Positions 47,038 to 56,736 of a DNA stretch of 64,000 nt are shown here, in pieces. Made by a program: the position numbers and the translations under genes. Below the pieces are notes generated by a model. The model ran no database searches. It saw nothing but the letters and a program-made list of their open reading frames with translations, and was not told the DNA's origin. Every line of letters begins with the position of its first letter. Within the stretch, counting starts at the first letter, position 1. Origin of the DNA: Candidatus Omnitrophota bacterium (GTDB lineage: Bacteria > Omnitrophota > Gorgyraeia > Zapsychrales > Zapsychraceae); the NCBI GenBank assembly GCA_035292445.1, contig DATDQB010000020.1, positions 91,484-155,483 on the forward strand, read 5' to 3'.

Positions 47038-48093
47038 TCACCTAACAAAATTTTCAGTAAAATTCTCGGGGTAATTTAAATTGCTTAATGAAAAAAGATA
47101 TTCTTCCGGAACAACGATTGAGGTCGCAGAAACTGCTTCTAATAAATCCCTCATGGCTAACCGTCTTTGAGCGATGTGTTCCCTGACGACAGAAAGAATA
47201 GACGCGGGGTATCGTCCGATAAGGGGTTCCGTGTTCCCTTTATTGTTAAGGACAGCGGGCATTTGGTCTTTTGAATCGATTAAAAAAGAAAACAGTTCAG
47301 GTGTTGCCTTAAAAAGATCGCATGGAGAAATTAAATATTCTGAATCCAGCCCTGAGCTTAGAAGTGCCTCCAAAGCCCCGATCGGCCCCAAGCCCTGATA
47401 ATTATCTTGAATACGTTTTAGATGCCATAGTGAATCAGGCACCCCCTGCCCGTGCCCTACCAGAACAACCTCTTTGCATAATTGTTTAAGAACATTGTAG
47501 ACATGCTCAATTAAAGTATCACCCCCGGGAAGCATAATAGCTGCCTTCGGTTTCCCTCCCATCCGGCTGCTCTTGCCACCGCAAAAAATAGCAGCCGTAT
47601 GCGACCAACAAACAGAAGGAACAACTGTGTTTTCCTGTGGAAGTTTTATCACGTTAATCGTCTCCCCGCTTTTTAAAAACCCTTCTTTAAGAACCCGCGC
47701 ATACATCCCATGCTGTCCCAAAGCGTCATCCTTCAATTTGGGATGAATAGCGTCCATAACATAACAGGGCTTTCTTATCTTTGATATTTCTAAGACCACG
47801 CCACCTGAGAATTGAAGAATGGTACCCAGCGGTAACTTGTTGACCTGTAGACCTTGAACCGTTAAGTTCTCCCCTCCTGTTCCCGAGAATAACTCATATC
47901 CCTTTTCTTTTAGCTCCGCAAGTTTTTCCGCATCCTGCAAACAAACTGCCTGTAGGGGGCTGTTATGTTTCGCATGGTTGTGCCCATCGCCTTCCAGACC
48001 CGATGTGGTGATCCGTACCGATTTAACGGGTAGCTTCGGTATTCCTCCTTTTGAAATATTAATTGAGATAACGACAGGATCATTATGTTTCAT
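47038..48093 (-). CDS. MOSC domain fused to molybdenum cofactor guanylyltransferase (MobA)
   Basis: N-terminal ~150 aa with a MOSC beta-barrel pattern (GENLTVQGL). C-terminal AAIFCGGKSSRMGG...LPGG nucleotidyltransferase motif of MobA. Confidence 0.65.
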   Translation of the reverse strand: MKHNDPVVISINISKGGIPKLPVKSVRITTSGLEGDGHNHAKHNSPLQAVCLQDAEKLAELKEKGYELFSGTGGENLTVQGLQVNKLPLGTILQFSGGVVLEISKIRKPCYVMDAIHPKLKDDALGQHGMYARVLKEGFLKSGETINVIKLPQENTVVPSVCWSHTAAIFCGGKSSRMGGKPKAAIMLPGGDTLIEHVYNVLKQLCKEVVLVGHGQGVPDSLWHLKRIQDNYQGLGPIGALEALLSSGLDSEYLISPCDLFKATPELFSFLIDSKDQMPAVLNNKGNTEPLIGRYPASILSVVREHIAQRRLAMRDLLEAVSATSIVVPEEYLFSLSNLNYPENFTENFVR

Positions 48094-48309
48094 TCAAATC
48101 TCCCAAAGAAAGAAGCCATATTCAAAAAACTGCGGATGTCGGGCAAACACAAAAATAATTCCCCGATAAGACCTGCTGGGAATCTTCAACCATTACAATA
48201 GATTCTCATTAAAACAAAAATATGCCACCCAAAAAAGAACAATTAATATTCATTTTCTGACCTCTTGCAAATGCTCTAAAAACGGAAGCCTTAAATCTTT
48301 TTACGGTAT

Positions 48310-49275
48310 TTATCCTCCGATCTGATACATCGCTTGCTCTATGTGATCAATGCGTGTAAAAGGCTTCATCCGTAGAACAGTCCTAAGAATTGCTGGATAT
48401 TGCTCCTTTGATATCCCTCGTAAATTAACCCCGGCTTCAGACATAATACACGCTCGTAATTTTCCAGTAGCCGTCAAACGCAAGCGGGAGCAAAAAGAAC
48501 AAAAAGATTGCGATTCGGAAGCAATGAAACCAAGCTTTGCACCTGATGGGGTTGTAAAATTAAAAGACGTGGAATCACGATTGACTGACTGTGGTAGCAA
48601 AATTTCGGATTCCTCAATTTTTTTTATAATCTCCCTGGCCGATACAAAATAAAGACTGTGATATTGAATAGAACATCCTATCTTCATTAATTCCAGAAAT
48701 CGAACCTCAATATCATGATCAGCAGAAAATTTGACAAAATCCAAAATTTCATCGTCATTGATCCCGCGCATCACAACCACGTTTACTTTTACCCGGAATC
48801 CCTCCGTCCTTGCCTGAAGAACGGCCTTGTAAACCTTATCAAAATATCTTGTCTTTGTAATCTTGTGAAATCGCTCTGCCCGAAGGCTATCCAGACTTAT
48901 ATTAATATGCTGACAACGTGTTTGTTTCAGAAAATCAAATTTCCCATCCAATAAGAAACCATTCGTCGTCAGGCCTAACTTTCCTAACGAAAGATTGGAA
49001 AGGCCTTCGATAATGGCCTCAAAATCACTTCTTAAGGTTGGCTCTCCACCCGAGACTCTGATTTCATCAATTCCAAAATCAACCAAAGCGGAGCATATTT
49101 CCAGCAACTCACCAGAGGAAAGAAGTGCCGAGGAGGGTAAAAATTCAGGCAGCAACGGCATGCAGTAAAAACAGCGGAAATTACACGCATCTGTTAACTG
49201 AACACGTAATTTATGGATCTGCCGACCATGAGCATCGACCAAAATCGACTTTGAGTCCATCTTCTTCCTTTCCAA
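48310..49275 (-). CDS. moaA: GTP 3',8-cyclase MoaA (radical SAM)
   Basis: LTDACNFRCFYCMP CxxxCxxC motif and a C-terminal second-cluster Cys. 321 aa. Confidence 0.9.
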   Translation of the reverse strand: MERKKMDSKSILVDAHGRQIHKLRVQLTDACNFRCFYCMPLLPEFLPSSALLSSGELLEICSALVDFGIDEIRVSGGEPTLRSDFEAIIEGLSNLSLGKLGLTTNGFLLDGKFDFLKQTRCQHINISLDSLRAERFHKITKTRYFDKVYKAVLQARTEGFRVKVNVVVMRGINDDEILDFVKFSADHDIEVRFLELMKIGCSIQYHSLYFVSAREIIKKIEESEILLPQSVNRDSTSFNFTTPSGAKLGFIASESQSFCSFCSRLRLTATGKLRACIMSEAGVNLRGISKEQYPAILRTVLRMKPFTRIDHIEQAMYQIGG

Positions 49276-49400
49276 ACACGGGAAGCTATATCGTTTCCAA
49301 CACAGCCGTCAGCTCCTGCTAACAGTCAGCTAACAGGAGCATCGTCCTTAAACCATGGCCGAAGCTTTAGGTTTCAAGGATTAGGGAATTTGATGATTAT

Positions 49401-49601
49401 TTAAACATTCTTTGTAATCGAATCTTTACTTTTATCTTCTTTTGTCTCCACCACATCATCATTCATGCTTCGTAATGCGTTCCTAAACTCTTTGATGCCT
49501 TTCCCCAGCCCCTTAGCGATCTCAGGAAGGCTCTTGGCACCAAATAGAAGAAAAACTACCAAAAATATTACGATAAGTTCTTGCATCCCTAGACCAAACA
49601 T
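49401..49601 (-). CDS. tatA: twin-arginine translocase subunit TatA/E
   Basis: MFGLGMQELIVIFLVVFLLFGAKSLPEIAKGLGKGIKEFR. Confidence 0.85.
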   Translation of the reverse strand: MFGLGMQELIVIFLVVFLLFGAKSLPEIAKGLGKGIKEFRNALRSMNDDVVETKEDKSKDSITKNV

Positions 49602-49653
49602 TTGCCACCTCCTATTTTGTTTCTGAAAATCTTACTCTCTCAATGTTAATCAC

Positions 49654-50022
49654 TTAAGCCAAAACTAACCTTATAGCAACTGTATCATTCACCGTTTGAC
49701 AGGCAACGATACATTTAGCACAACCATCGCAAAATGAGGCATTAATAACCGGCTTCTGATCTTCCATCAAAATAGCCCTGTCACGTAAAGGGCATACCAA
49801 ATAACAAAGCTGACAACTGCCTCCACTCCAAGCCAGGCAACAGTTCGTATCTACTTTAGCCGTCTTTGCACGTTGGTTATCATTAATCACAATTGTTTTG
49901 ATTTCTGTTGTAACGTCTGTCGGCTTAGAACCTTCCTGGGTAAACAAAGACAGGCTAGAAGCCAAGTATTTGGGAAAACCCTTTAAAAAATCACGCCTGT
50001 TAATTTGCTGAAAATCCTGCAT
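49654..50022 (-). CDS. Tat-signal 2x[4Fe-4S] ferredoxin-type protein
   Basis: RRDFLK twin-arginine motif, then CxxxCxxC..CP and CxxCxxCxxxC clusters. Confidence 0.6.
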   Translation of the reverse strand: MQDFQQINRRDFLKGFPKYLASSLSLFTQEGSKPTDVTTEIKTIVINDNQRAKTAKVDTNCCLAWSGGSCQLCYLVCPLRDRAILMEDQKPVINASFCDGCAKCIVACQTVNDTVAIRLVLA

Positions 50023-50027
50023 TTTGT

Positions 50028-50990
50028 CTAAACCTCTGCTTTTATCTTCAAACCATAAAGATCAAAGCATTGTGAACAAATACCCTGCTGTGGATCCCAA
50101 TGGGGATAATCTTTCTTAATTTCATTAACGACCGAAATCGTCTCTGCTCCACAAAGATCCATCGAGGTAAAACTTGTAAAATCACACAACGGACAACGCA
50201 AACCGCCTTCCCCTAAAACTTTTATGCTCCGCGGATCCCCCGCCCAACTTAACAGATCAATTTGCATGAGGCTTTCACAGCCGTGAATCTTGATAAGTAT
50301 TCGTTCTCGTTCCAGCGGATCCAAGAAAAAAAATTTTCTTTCAAATTCTTCCTTATATTCGTCATAAGACTTGACGGTCTGAAATTTTTTTTCTCTTAAA
50401 CGAACATCAATATAAAAATCCCACAAAAGACGAAACCGCTCACGGATCAAATTATCTTCAATTTCGTTCTTACCACCGAGTACAGGATGAGGAGAATATT
50501 GAAAATTGTAACTAAGCATATCCGAAATGCGCATCAATTCGTGTCGTAAAAATGATTCGAGAAAGACTAAATCTAACATCCTGCGCACCAATATTCCCAA
50601 ATAAACCGTTTTTTGATGCGGATGAACATAAAGCTCAGCTTCTTCACGTTTCTTATTCCACACTCTTTTGACAACTACTCGAGTCTCTGGTTTATACAGT
50701 TGTGGAAAATCTTTGCAAATATTCAGAAAAAACTCCTCTAACCCAAGGGTGCAGAAATATCTTTCATAAAGCAATTTAAACGCGTCCTCACGTTCCTCGT
50801 TTGAGGTAGCTTTCTGATAAATCTCCTCTTTTTCGTTATAAAAACCCGTAAAAAAAACATCTCCCTGCTTTGCTCTCATCAACAAAAAAACAGCTTCTTC
50901 AATAAACGTTGAATCAAAATTTATTTGAAGAGAATTGTTCATAGAAGCACCTATTGGGGAGTTGTCGGCCGTAGTAAACAACTCACACAA
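50028..50990 (-). CDS. hypothetical protein with a C-terminal Cys4 ribbon (possible assembly factor of the molybdoenzyme operon)
   Basis: CPLCDF...CSQCF at the C-terminus and no recognisable domain. The start is possibly Met17. Confidence 0.4.
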   Translation of the reverse strand: MCELFTTADNSPIGASMNNSLQINFDSTFIEEAVFLLMRAKQGDVFFTGFYNEKEEIYQKATSNEEREDAFKLLYERYFCTLGLEEFFLNICKDFPQLYKPETRVVVKRVWNKKREEAELYVHPHQKTVYLGILVRRMLDLVFLESFLRHELMRISDMLSYNFQYSPHPVLGGKNEIEDNLIRERFRLLWDFYIDVRLREKKFQTVKSYDEYKEEFERKFFFLDPLERERILIKIHGCESLMQIDLLSWAGDPRSIKVLGEGGLRCPLCDFTSFTSMDLCGAETISVVNEIKKDYPHWDPQQGICSQCFDLYGLKIKAEV

Positions 50991-51718
50991 CCGCTATCTT
51001 CCTTTTCTTGGACAGGACGGATAGGCAGATCTTCCGGCCCGGCCGTCACCCCCAACCATTCACAATCTGCAACAATGTACGCAAAAGTAAAATCCGCTAG
51101 GTCTTTTAAAAAACCTTGCTTGGCCTGCCGGCTAAGTTTTAACGCAAAAGAAGGGGCCCATCGGCCCAAGTGATCTCTAAGAAAACGTACCGAAGTCTCA
51201 TGACATATCTGAGCGTTATCGATTTCCTCATTCAATAAAGCATGGACTTCTTTGAAAAGCAAATAATGCATAAATTCACACTCAATAGCGATGTGATCGA
51301 TGCGTTCAAAATTTGTTTCTTTTATCTTTAAACCAAAAGCATTGTAAAATGCGGCGATGTCGCTCAATTGTTGCGGCTGGCGGTGCGTGTGTTCTTCCCC
51401 ATATTCGAGCTCATAACAGGGGACCGGACCGCTTGCGGTATATCCAAAACAATCTTCATATTGCATGACCCAATCTTTATAGGTTTTCTGATGGTATTTT
51501 TCTGACAATTTCTTTAACTGTCCCATTAACTGATCTTTATTACGAAAAGATAACGCCTCAACAATTTCATCCCACGGCAGATCCATGTTTTCTTTCTCAC
51601 AATCCGTCTTATTTGAATCCGGCTGATGGAAAAAATAAGCCATCAAGCGGTATATATGACTTCGGACAATAAGAGAATCAATATCAGATGGAATTTTGGT
51701 GCTTGTCTGGTCTGACAT
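50951..51718 (-). CDS. NarJ/TorD-family redox-enzyme maturation chaperone
   Basis: TorD-like length and helical pattern. Located directly after the beta-subunit gene. Start at 51718 with a GAGGAG RBS. Confidence 0.55.
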   Translation of the reverse strand: MSDQTSTKIPSDIDSLIVRSHIYRLMAYFFHQPDSNKTDCEKENMDLPWDEIVEALSFRNKDQLMGQLKKLSEKYHQKTYKDWVMQYEDCFGYTASGPVPCYELEYGEEHTHRQPQQLSDIAAFYNAFGLKIKETNFERIDHIAIECEFMHYLLFKEVHALLNEEIDNAQICHETSVRFLRDHLGRWAPSFALKLSRQAKQGFLKDLADFTFAYIVADCEWLGVTAGPEDLPIRPVQEKEDSGCVSCLLRPTTPQ

Positions 51719-52922
51719 GAAATGGCTCCTCGACTTGTGTCCGGAAAATCTCCTGTCCGGCTTTGTTATAGGCAATGATCGTATCGTTATATAACGTAAA
51801 CGGTTTGCCGTGAATCTGTGTTTCAAACACTTTGGGCCCTTGCTGGATCTCATAGCGGAATATGATTTGGTTCGATCGACGGAACATTTGCTGAACCGCT
51901 AAAAGCTCGCGATCAGGGACCATGTATGATTCAATGGCCTGATCGACGCCGGGGCCAAACATCTGCTTTAAAAATGGCCGTGGGACCCAGCGCGGAGGAA
52001 TATAATAACCATTAGGCTCTGTCCCGAATTGGGGATATAGGGGTAACGCCACTTTGGCGACTTTTACAAGATAATAGATCGGATTATATCGATCCTCCTC
52101 CCAACTCCCATCTTCTTTGATCTTGACTAATCCCTGAAGGCGAATTTGCCCAATGCATGCCGACATGCATCGTGTTTCCATCGGCTGTCCATTTCCTGAA
52201 GGGTCTTTTCCTTCCAACCGCGGATAGCATGCGATACATTTTTCAGAAACGCGTGTGGTCGGCCGATACATTGCCTTTTTATACGGGCAGGCTTCCACGC
52301 ACTTTCGATACCCACGGCAACGCTCCTGGTCTATAAGCACAACTCCGTCTTCGTGTCGTTTATAAATGGCATTGCGCGGACAAGCGGCCAGACAACCCGG
52401 GTAAGTGCAGTGATTGCAGATCCTCGCCAAATAAAAAAACCATGTTTTATGCTCAGGAAGGGTCACGCCATTTTTATGAAACGTGTTCTTAACACCTTCG
52501 GGGCCAACAGGACTGTCTTCGTAAATATTCGGAGCCCGCCACTCCTCATCCGTTGGAAGATACCCTAAGACCTTTTGGGATTCGTCCCCAATGTTTTTTT
52601 TAGCGGCCTCGAAAATTGTCATGCCATCAAAAGTCTCGCCGTTCCATTTTTGTCCATCGGGATTAACTTGATTCAATAATTGCAACAATTTAACGTCCCA
52701 ATGTTGTGGGTACCCTCCGTACGGCTTGGTTTCCACATTGTTCCACCACATATATTCCTGTCCTTTGGAAAATGTCCAAGTGGATTTGCAGGCCATTGTA
52801 CATGTCTGGCAACCGATACAACGATTCAAGTTAAACACAAAAGCAAATTGGGACTGAGGATGATGTTCCTCGTGAGGATACTCCATCTTGCGGTTGATCT
52901 GCCAATTATAAACTTGGCCCAT
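51684..52922 (-). CDS. molybdoenzyme beta subunit, NarH/NxrB-like 4-cluster ferredoxin
   Basis: CIGCQTCTMACK, CNHCTYPGCLAACP, CRGYRKCVEACP, CIACYP. The block EYMWWNNVETKPYGGYP matches E. coli NarH EYAWFNNVETKPGQGFP. Start MGQVYNWQ at 52922 with an AAGGAGGA RBS. Confidence 0.85.
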   Translation of the reverse strand: MGQVYNWQINRKMEYPHEEHHPQSQFAFVFNLNRCIGCQTCTMACKSTWTFSKGQEYMWWNNVETKPYGGYPQHWDVKLLQLLNQVNPDGQKWNGETFDGMTIFEAAKKNIGDESQKVLGYLPTDEEWRAPNIYEDSPVGPEGVKNTFHKNGVTLPEHKTWFFYLARICNHCTYPGCLAACPRNAIYKRHEDGVVLIDQERCRGYRKCVEACPYKKAMYRPTTRVSEKCIACYPRLEGKDPSGNGQPMETRCMSACIGQIRLQGLVKIKEDGSWEEDRYNPIYYLVKVAKVALPLYPQFGTEPNGYYIPPRWVPRPFLKQMFGPGVDQAIESYMVPDRELLAVQQMFRRSNQIIFRYEIQQGPKVFETQIHGKPFTLYNDTIIAYNKAGQEIFRTQVEEPFHVRPDKHQNSI

Positions 52923-53220
52923 GATGTTCCTCCTTCGCCGGATTATTTTCATTTGTTCTGTCATAAGGTCGCCACATTCTCAAGGCCTCGAGAATAACGG
53001 AACGAACAAAATCGTCCCCTTTTTGATTCCAAACAAGATGCGGCCCATGATATAAAGGATTCCTGAACAATTTCATTAATTGCTCTTCCTTCCAACCTTC
53101 ACGGACAAACTCCTCAGCAAAGCATAAAGCCATATCTCGCAGCTGTTCTTCACTTTGATTGGGAATCTCCATACCAATCATCTCGATTGGATCATCTGGT
53201 TCAAATTCTTTTTTATTCAT
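52906..53220 (-). CDS. small hypothetical protein between the alpha and beta subunit genes
   Basis: 104-aa acidic ORF, tightly packed (20 nt after alpha, 16-nt overlap with beta). Confidence 0.35.
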   Translation of the reverse strand: MNKKEFEPDDPIEMIGMEIPNQSEEQLRDMALCFAEEFVREGWKEEQLMKLFRNPLYHGPHLVWNQKGDDFVRSVILEALRMWRPYDRTNENNPAKEEHHGPSL

Positions 53221-53240
53221 GAATATAACCTTTTATAAAA

Positions 53241-56200
53241 TTAAGACCAAAAATCTTCCTGGGAAGATCCTTCAGCGTTGAATCCTCCTTCTAAATACTT
53301 CTTCATCGCATCATTTTCATTAGAGGGGGTGTATCCCGTTGTAGCCGGTTTCCATTTACCCACTCCATCGATCCCCCCGTCTTCAGCCTTCGTGATCCTC
53401 ACTAATGTCTCCTTAGGAACTGTGTTGACGGCGTGATTATCTGCTTCTCCGCCAAAAATAAATGACATAAACACTTTGGCTTTATGAAAGAGGGTATCCG
53501 TCTGATGCATAGGCATATGCCAATTACGCGTGACACTTTGTTGCGAACCGTAACGATAATTGGATTGATACATGCCTCCCTCGGAAAGCGCCCGCTTATC
53601 AGGGCGGGTTTCATGGGCTTTAACAGATTTCTCCGTTGCGATGTATGTTCCGTGCTTCATCATCACAATGTTATACGGATAGGCTGGGTTATACTTCACG
53701 CGAAGCATCAACCGCGCGACCTTATAAAAAGGATCGTCCGGTTTAGCACCAACATACGGCCGGTCGGCCGGGTTGGCATCCACATAAACATAATCTCCAT
53801 CGTTGATGCCTAAATCTTTAGCGGCTTGGGGATTAAGATGGATTTGCTGTTCCCCGACGCCAGGGGCTCTTTTATCCATGCGATAAGGATCTCCAAAATT
53901 AGAATCCCAAATCTGATGCCAATCCACATTACTCCACATCGAATGGACACGATGCCGTGTCTTAGGCGTTAAACAATAAAATTTAAAGCCGCGGTCCCAA
54001 AGGAAATTCGAAGTTTTCTTGACTTCCGACCATGGCATTTTGATATTACGGATAGTTCGTTTATCCCAATGTTCTTCATTTAATGGAATCCCATAATCTT
54101 TAGGACGAATGTAAGGGTTGCTGCTGACGATAACGTTTTGTAAATAAGGGGTCGCCTCCACCCCTTCGCGATGGACGATAAAATTTTCTCCATATTCAAC
54201 GGCTTCAGGAACATCGGTGTAGGCGTGTAACCTGCCCGTATCTGTATAAAACGGCTGGCTCTCATGGATCTGTTCCCAAAATGGAATACGCGGATACGTC
54301 CTATAAAGCATAAGCGCTCCACCTGAAGGACCATATTTACCATTCATGATATCCTCTAATTTATACCCCGTGGTTGTGGTTGATGAGTCCAGCAACCTCT
54401 GGATATAAACTTCACGCTTGCCTTCCAAGGCGAATTTCCAATAATCATAGAAACGCTTATCTCCCGTTAGCTCACTTAACTTTGCGGCGATTTGAGAAAG
54501 AATCATGATATCGTCCCGGCTATCAAAAACAGGTGGGATTCCGCCTTTCCAAATCTGCAAAAACGGATTTGAACACGACGCGGTTACTTCCAATCCTTCG
54601 AATTCAAGCCAACTATTGGCCGGCAAGGCAATGTCAGAATATTCAATGGATCCGGTCATCTGAATATCAATAGACACAATCATCTCAACATTTGGATTTA
54701 CATTTTTTATAATGTCATAACAATGTTTTGCGTTATTAATAAGATTGACGTTCGTGTACAAAATTGCTTTTGTTGGACTGGGCATATGCGTCTGCCCAGT
54801 GAAGACCTTACGCCCTTCTTTCGGCGTTTCAACGATAAGCGGCCGATCGCCATGGCCCCAATACGCCGGCTCTTCATCCTTAAAATACGCATGGACTTTG
54901 ATATCTTTTCCATGGACGTTAGGATCAAGGGTCGGCTCAAATGGATCTTCGGCCACCCATCCTTTAAATCCAGGCCCGGTCCAAGGTGATCCTTGGAAAA
55001 CAGCGGCTTTATAATTTCCTGCCCAAGCGTACACCCCAGCACCTTGCTTGCCGATGTTGCCGGTGAGCATAAACGGCAAGTAAGCGGCGCGGTTCATCTG
55101 GGTGGCATGGAACCAATGATTGATCCCTTCCCCCTGATGGAGAGCTGCCGGTTTGATCGTAGCGATATCCTCGGCTAACTGAACAATCAAATCTTTAGGC
55201 GCATGGGTTATCTCAACAACCGAATCTAAATCGTAATCTTTAAGGTGAAGTTTATAGAGGGAGAATAATGTCATCACTTCGATTTCTTTTCCATCGACGG
55301 TGATCACTTTAAAGCGCCCCTCCAACGCCGGCTGAAGGCCTTTTACTGATAATTGTGCGCCCACATCATCGCGCGTAATCGCTGCCGGCTGATTCCTCAT
55401 TTTGTCCCAAATAACAAAATCCCCTAACTTCTCATATTGTTCTTTCTTTAAACCCTGATATTTAAAACTCGGCCCATCCGGAGATAATGCCAATTCATAA
55501 TTCGGGAAGATTTCATGCGCTCGCAAACGCTTAAGATTGTCCGTCCGCACTAAAAGCGGAAAATCCGTAAATTGAAGCACGAAATTCTCGTCATATTGTC
55601 CCTTGTCAATCATTAAACGTGCAATTCCTAAGAATAAGGCGGCATCCGTTTGCGGCCGGATAGGGATCCAATAATCAGATTTCGTCGCTGGAGGGCTGTA
55701 TTCGGGAGAGATCGTCACCAACTTAGCTCCCCGCTCCATACATTCAATGAACCAATGGCTATCGACAATTTTATTCTCAACCAAATTTTTTCCATCCTGA
55801 ATAATGAGCTTACTAAACCGCAAATCATTAAAATCACAATCGGCATTTTGCAGGCCATGAACCCACGGATGCCCGGGGGCTTGATCCCCATGCCACGTAT
55901 AGTTAGACCATGTTCTGCCGGCTTTAGCTTCCTCCTCATGCACCCCTCTGATATGGGAATCCAATAAAGCTAATGTATTACAAAGTCGATACATGCCATA
56001 TTTTCCAAAAACACCCAACAACCCCATCCCTCCGCGCATTTTGATCGTTCGTGTTCCAGCCCCATCCATAATATCTATCATTTCTTTAGGGTAACCCTGG
56101 GCCAAAAGTCTCTGCCGACCATCCTCACCGCTATAACGCCTGGCAATCGCGATCAAGGCCTTACCCATATAGGTATAAATTTCGTCCCATGAAATTTTTT

Positions 56201-56708
56201 CAAACCTATCTGATCCGCGGGAATTAAACTTATATTTGTCCTTATTGGCATCCGTCAGTTCCGGAAAACCGTCATCAGCCCACTCTCGCCATCCCTGACG
56301 GACAATCGGATGTTTTAATCGATACGGCCCGTAGACCAATTTATGAAAAGTATATCCCTTGGCGCATTGACGAGGATTCCAATTGGGAGTTGCTTTATTA
56401 CCATAAATGTCCGTATACGTCTGATAATCATATTGATTTCCCATGCGGATGACGATGCCGTTACGGACAAAAGCCGTAGCACGGCAGGCATGCGTATCAT
56501 TGGGGGAACATACCCAAGAAAATTTACTATCATAACGATACTGGTCACGATAGATCTTCTCCCAATCGCGGTTAGGATAATAGGCTAAAGGATTATCAAT
56601 CGCAGGGTCAGCCTCAAATGCCCAAAGAGAAAGGTCGTTTGAGAATAAAATAGCCCCTAAACTGGAAGCTGCCGAAATTTTCAAGAATTCTCGTCTGGTT
56701 AATTTCAT
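53241..56708 (-). CDS. Tat-exported molybdopterin oxidoreductase catalytic subunit (DMSO-reductase family type II, Nxr/Nar-like)
   Basis: MKLTRREFLKISAASSLGA Tat signal. 1155 aa, and co-operonic with a NarH-like beta subunit and a NarJ-like chaperone. An N-terminal Cys/His cluster region (CSPNDTHAC) follows the signal peptide. Confidence 0.8.
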   Translation of the reverse strand: MKLTRREFLKISAASSLGAILFSNDLSLWAFEADPAIDNPLAYYPNRDWEKIYRDQYRYDSKFSWVCSPNDTHACRATAFVRNGIVIRMGNQYDYQTYTDIYGNKATPNWNPRQCAKGYTFHKLVYGPYRLKHPIVRQGWREWADDGFPELTDANKDKYKFNSRGSDRFEKISWDEIYTYMGKALIAIARRYSGEDGRQRLLAQGYPKEMIDIMDGAGTRTIKMRGGMGLLGVFGKYGMYRLCNTLALLDSHIRGVHEEEAKAGRTWSNYTWHGDQAPGHPWVHGLQNADCDFNDLRFSKLIIQDGKNLVENKIVDSHWFIECMERGAKLVTISPEYSPPATKSDYWIPIRPQTDAALFLGIARLMIDKGQYDENFVLQFTDFPLLVRTDNLKRLRAHEIFPNYELALSPDGPSFKYQGLKKEQYEKLGDFVIWDKMRNQPAAITRDDVGAQLSVKGLQPALEGRFKVITVDGKEIEVMTLFSLYKLHLKDYDLDSVVEITHAPKDLIVQLAEDIATIKPAALHQGEGINHWFHATQMNRAAYLPFMLTGNIGKQGAGVYAWAGNYKAAVFQGSPWTGPGFKGWVAEDPFEPTLDPNVHGKDIKVHAYFKDEEPAYWGHGDRPLIVETPKEGRKVFTGQTHMPSPTKAILYTNVNLINNAKHCYDIIKNVNPNVEMIVSIDIQMTGSIEYSDIALPANSWLEFEGLEVTASCSNPFLQIWKGGIPPVFDSRDDIMILSQIAAKLSELTGDKRFYDYWKFALEGKREVYIQRLLDSSTTTTGYKLEDIMNGKYGPSGGALMLYRTYPRIPFWEQIHESQPFYTDTGRLHAYTDVPEAVEYGENFIVHREGVEATPYLQNVIVSSNPYIRPKDYGIPLNEEHWDKRTIRNIKMPWSEVKKTSNFLWDRGFKFYCLTPKTRHRVHSMWSNVDWHQIWDSNFGDPYRMDKRAPGVGEQQIHLNPQAAKDLGINDGDYVYVDANPADRPYVGAKPDDPFYKVARLMLRVKYNPAYPYNIVMMKHGTYIATEKSVKAHETRPDKRALSEGGMYQSNYRYGSQQSVTRNWHMPMHQTDTLFHKAKVFMSFIFGGEADNHAVNTVPKETLVRITKAEDGGIDGVGKWKPATTGYTPSNENDAMKKYLEGGFNAEGSSQEDFWS

Positions 56709-56736
56709 ATTATTTTATCCTTCCTGTTGGATAAAT

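Noticed and set aside
49300-49335. Hairpin GCTCCTG...CAGGAGC with a direct GCTAACAG repeat between tatA and moaA, as a terminator
   Set aside because: There is no downstream T-run on the transcribed (minus) strand. It is at most an mRNA-processing or stability structure, and is not reported as a feature.
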